Origin: the human T2T-CHM13v2.0 reference genome, Homo sapiens | Assembly (NCBI RefSeq): GCF_009914755.1 | Contig: NC_060928.1 | DNA length: 64,000 nt | Strand: one strand, 5' to 3' | In this document: one piece after another, positions 63,330 through 64,000 of the stretch | Numbering within the stretch: the first letter of the stretch is position 1 | Layout of the letters: each line of letters starts with the position of its first letter | Notes under the pieces: model-generated | What the model saw: only the letters and a program-made list of their open reading frames with translations | What the model was told of the DNA's origin: nothing | The model's database searches: none | Position numbers and translations under genes: made by a program

Positions 63330-63740
63330 ACTTACATTATCATTTCTTATCTCTACAACTCTGAGATAGGTGTTAATATTAAACCCATCTTAGAAATGGA
63401 GATGATCAAGAACAAAGTATTGAAGCTGAAGTCACTCATCTGGGAAATGGCTGGGCCAACATTTGAACCAAGGTCTGTTGCACGCAGGGCCAACTCTGAA
63501 GCAAGACTACTCCCTATGAAGCATGGAAGCAAAAGCAGAAACTGGCTTTTTTCTTGGCTGCACTGTGTTCAATTTGTTTCCTAGCTGTGAAGCCCCAGGC
63601 AAGGTCAATTAGCATCTCTGTGCCTCAGTTTCCTCATCCATAAAATAATAATAGTTTCTAAGCCTTATATGAGATTACTAGGGTTTATCCAAGTTAAGAC
63701 TTGATAAATGCTAGCCATTATTGCTGTGATTATTATTATC
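63330..63740. mobile_element. Two MIR fragments in opposite orientations
   Basis: cccatcttagaaatggaga...tttgaaccaaggtctg and tctctgtgcctcagtttcctcatccataaaat. Confidence 0.6.
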
Positions 63741-64000
63741 TGTGGTAATAAGAGCAAAGCAGTTGCTATCCTCACCAAGCTCACAGCTCAGCTGGGGATA
63801 TAAAATCAAACATCCAGAAAAGGACAAGGAATCACATGAGCTGGGCTGGAAGGGGCAGTGTTAAATGTGGGGTGCAGAAAAGATAAGCCCTGGGGGTGAG
63901 TGAGCAGCGACCACACAGCACTGCTCAGGTGGTACCACAAGGCCAGGCAGGCACCCACATCCCCACATGCAAGCCAGTGTTTCTCTTCCTTCCAGGAACA

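Overview
Primate (almost certainly human) genomic DNA covering the 3' two-thirds of RELL1 (RELT-like 1), transcribed on the minus strand. I mapped coding exons 2-6 (225, 72, 58, 237 and 139 nt, all with GT-AG boundaries) and a ~2.7 kb non-coding terminal exon. Exon 1 lies beyond the right edge of the window. The rest is intron or intergenic DNA filled with ~30 Alus, a full-length Tigger1, L1, MIR and L2 fragments, MaLR/ERV1 LTRs, MER DNA elements and simple repeats. Almost all ORFs in the supplied track are repeat-derived artefacts. No prokaryotic-type system (CRISPR, defence island etc.) is present, and I cannot claim a wholly new biological system. The most interesting signal is a 434-nt exon 4-6 circularisation unit bracketed by inverted AluY elements, containing a complete 135-aa ORF for the soluble cytoplasmic tail. 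Also notable are a Pumilio-site cluster in the 3'UTR and several template-switch scars: a 62-bp templated insertion, a duplication plus inversion, a palindrome-seeded minisatellite, and an Alu-spacer-Alu block with a 14-bp direct repeat. Repeat boundaries are approximate and subfamilies were called by eye.
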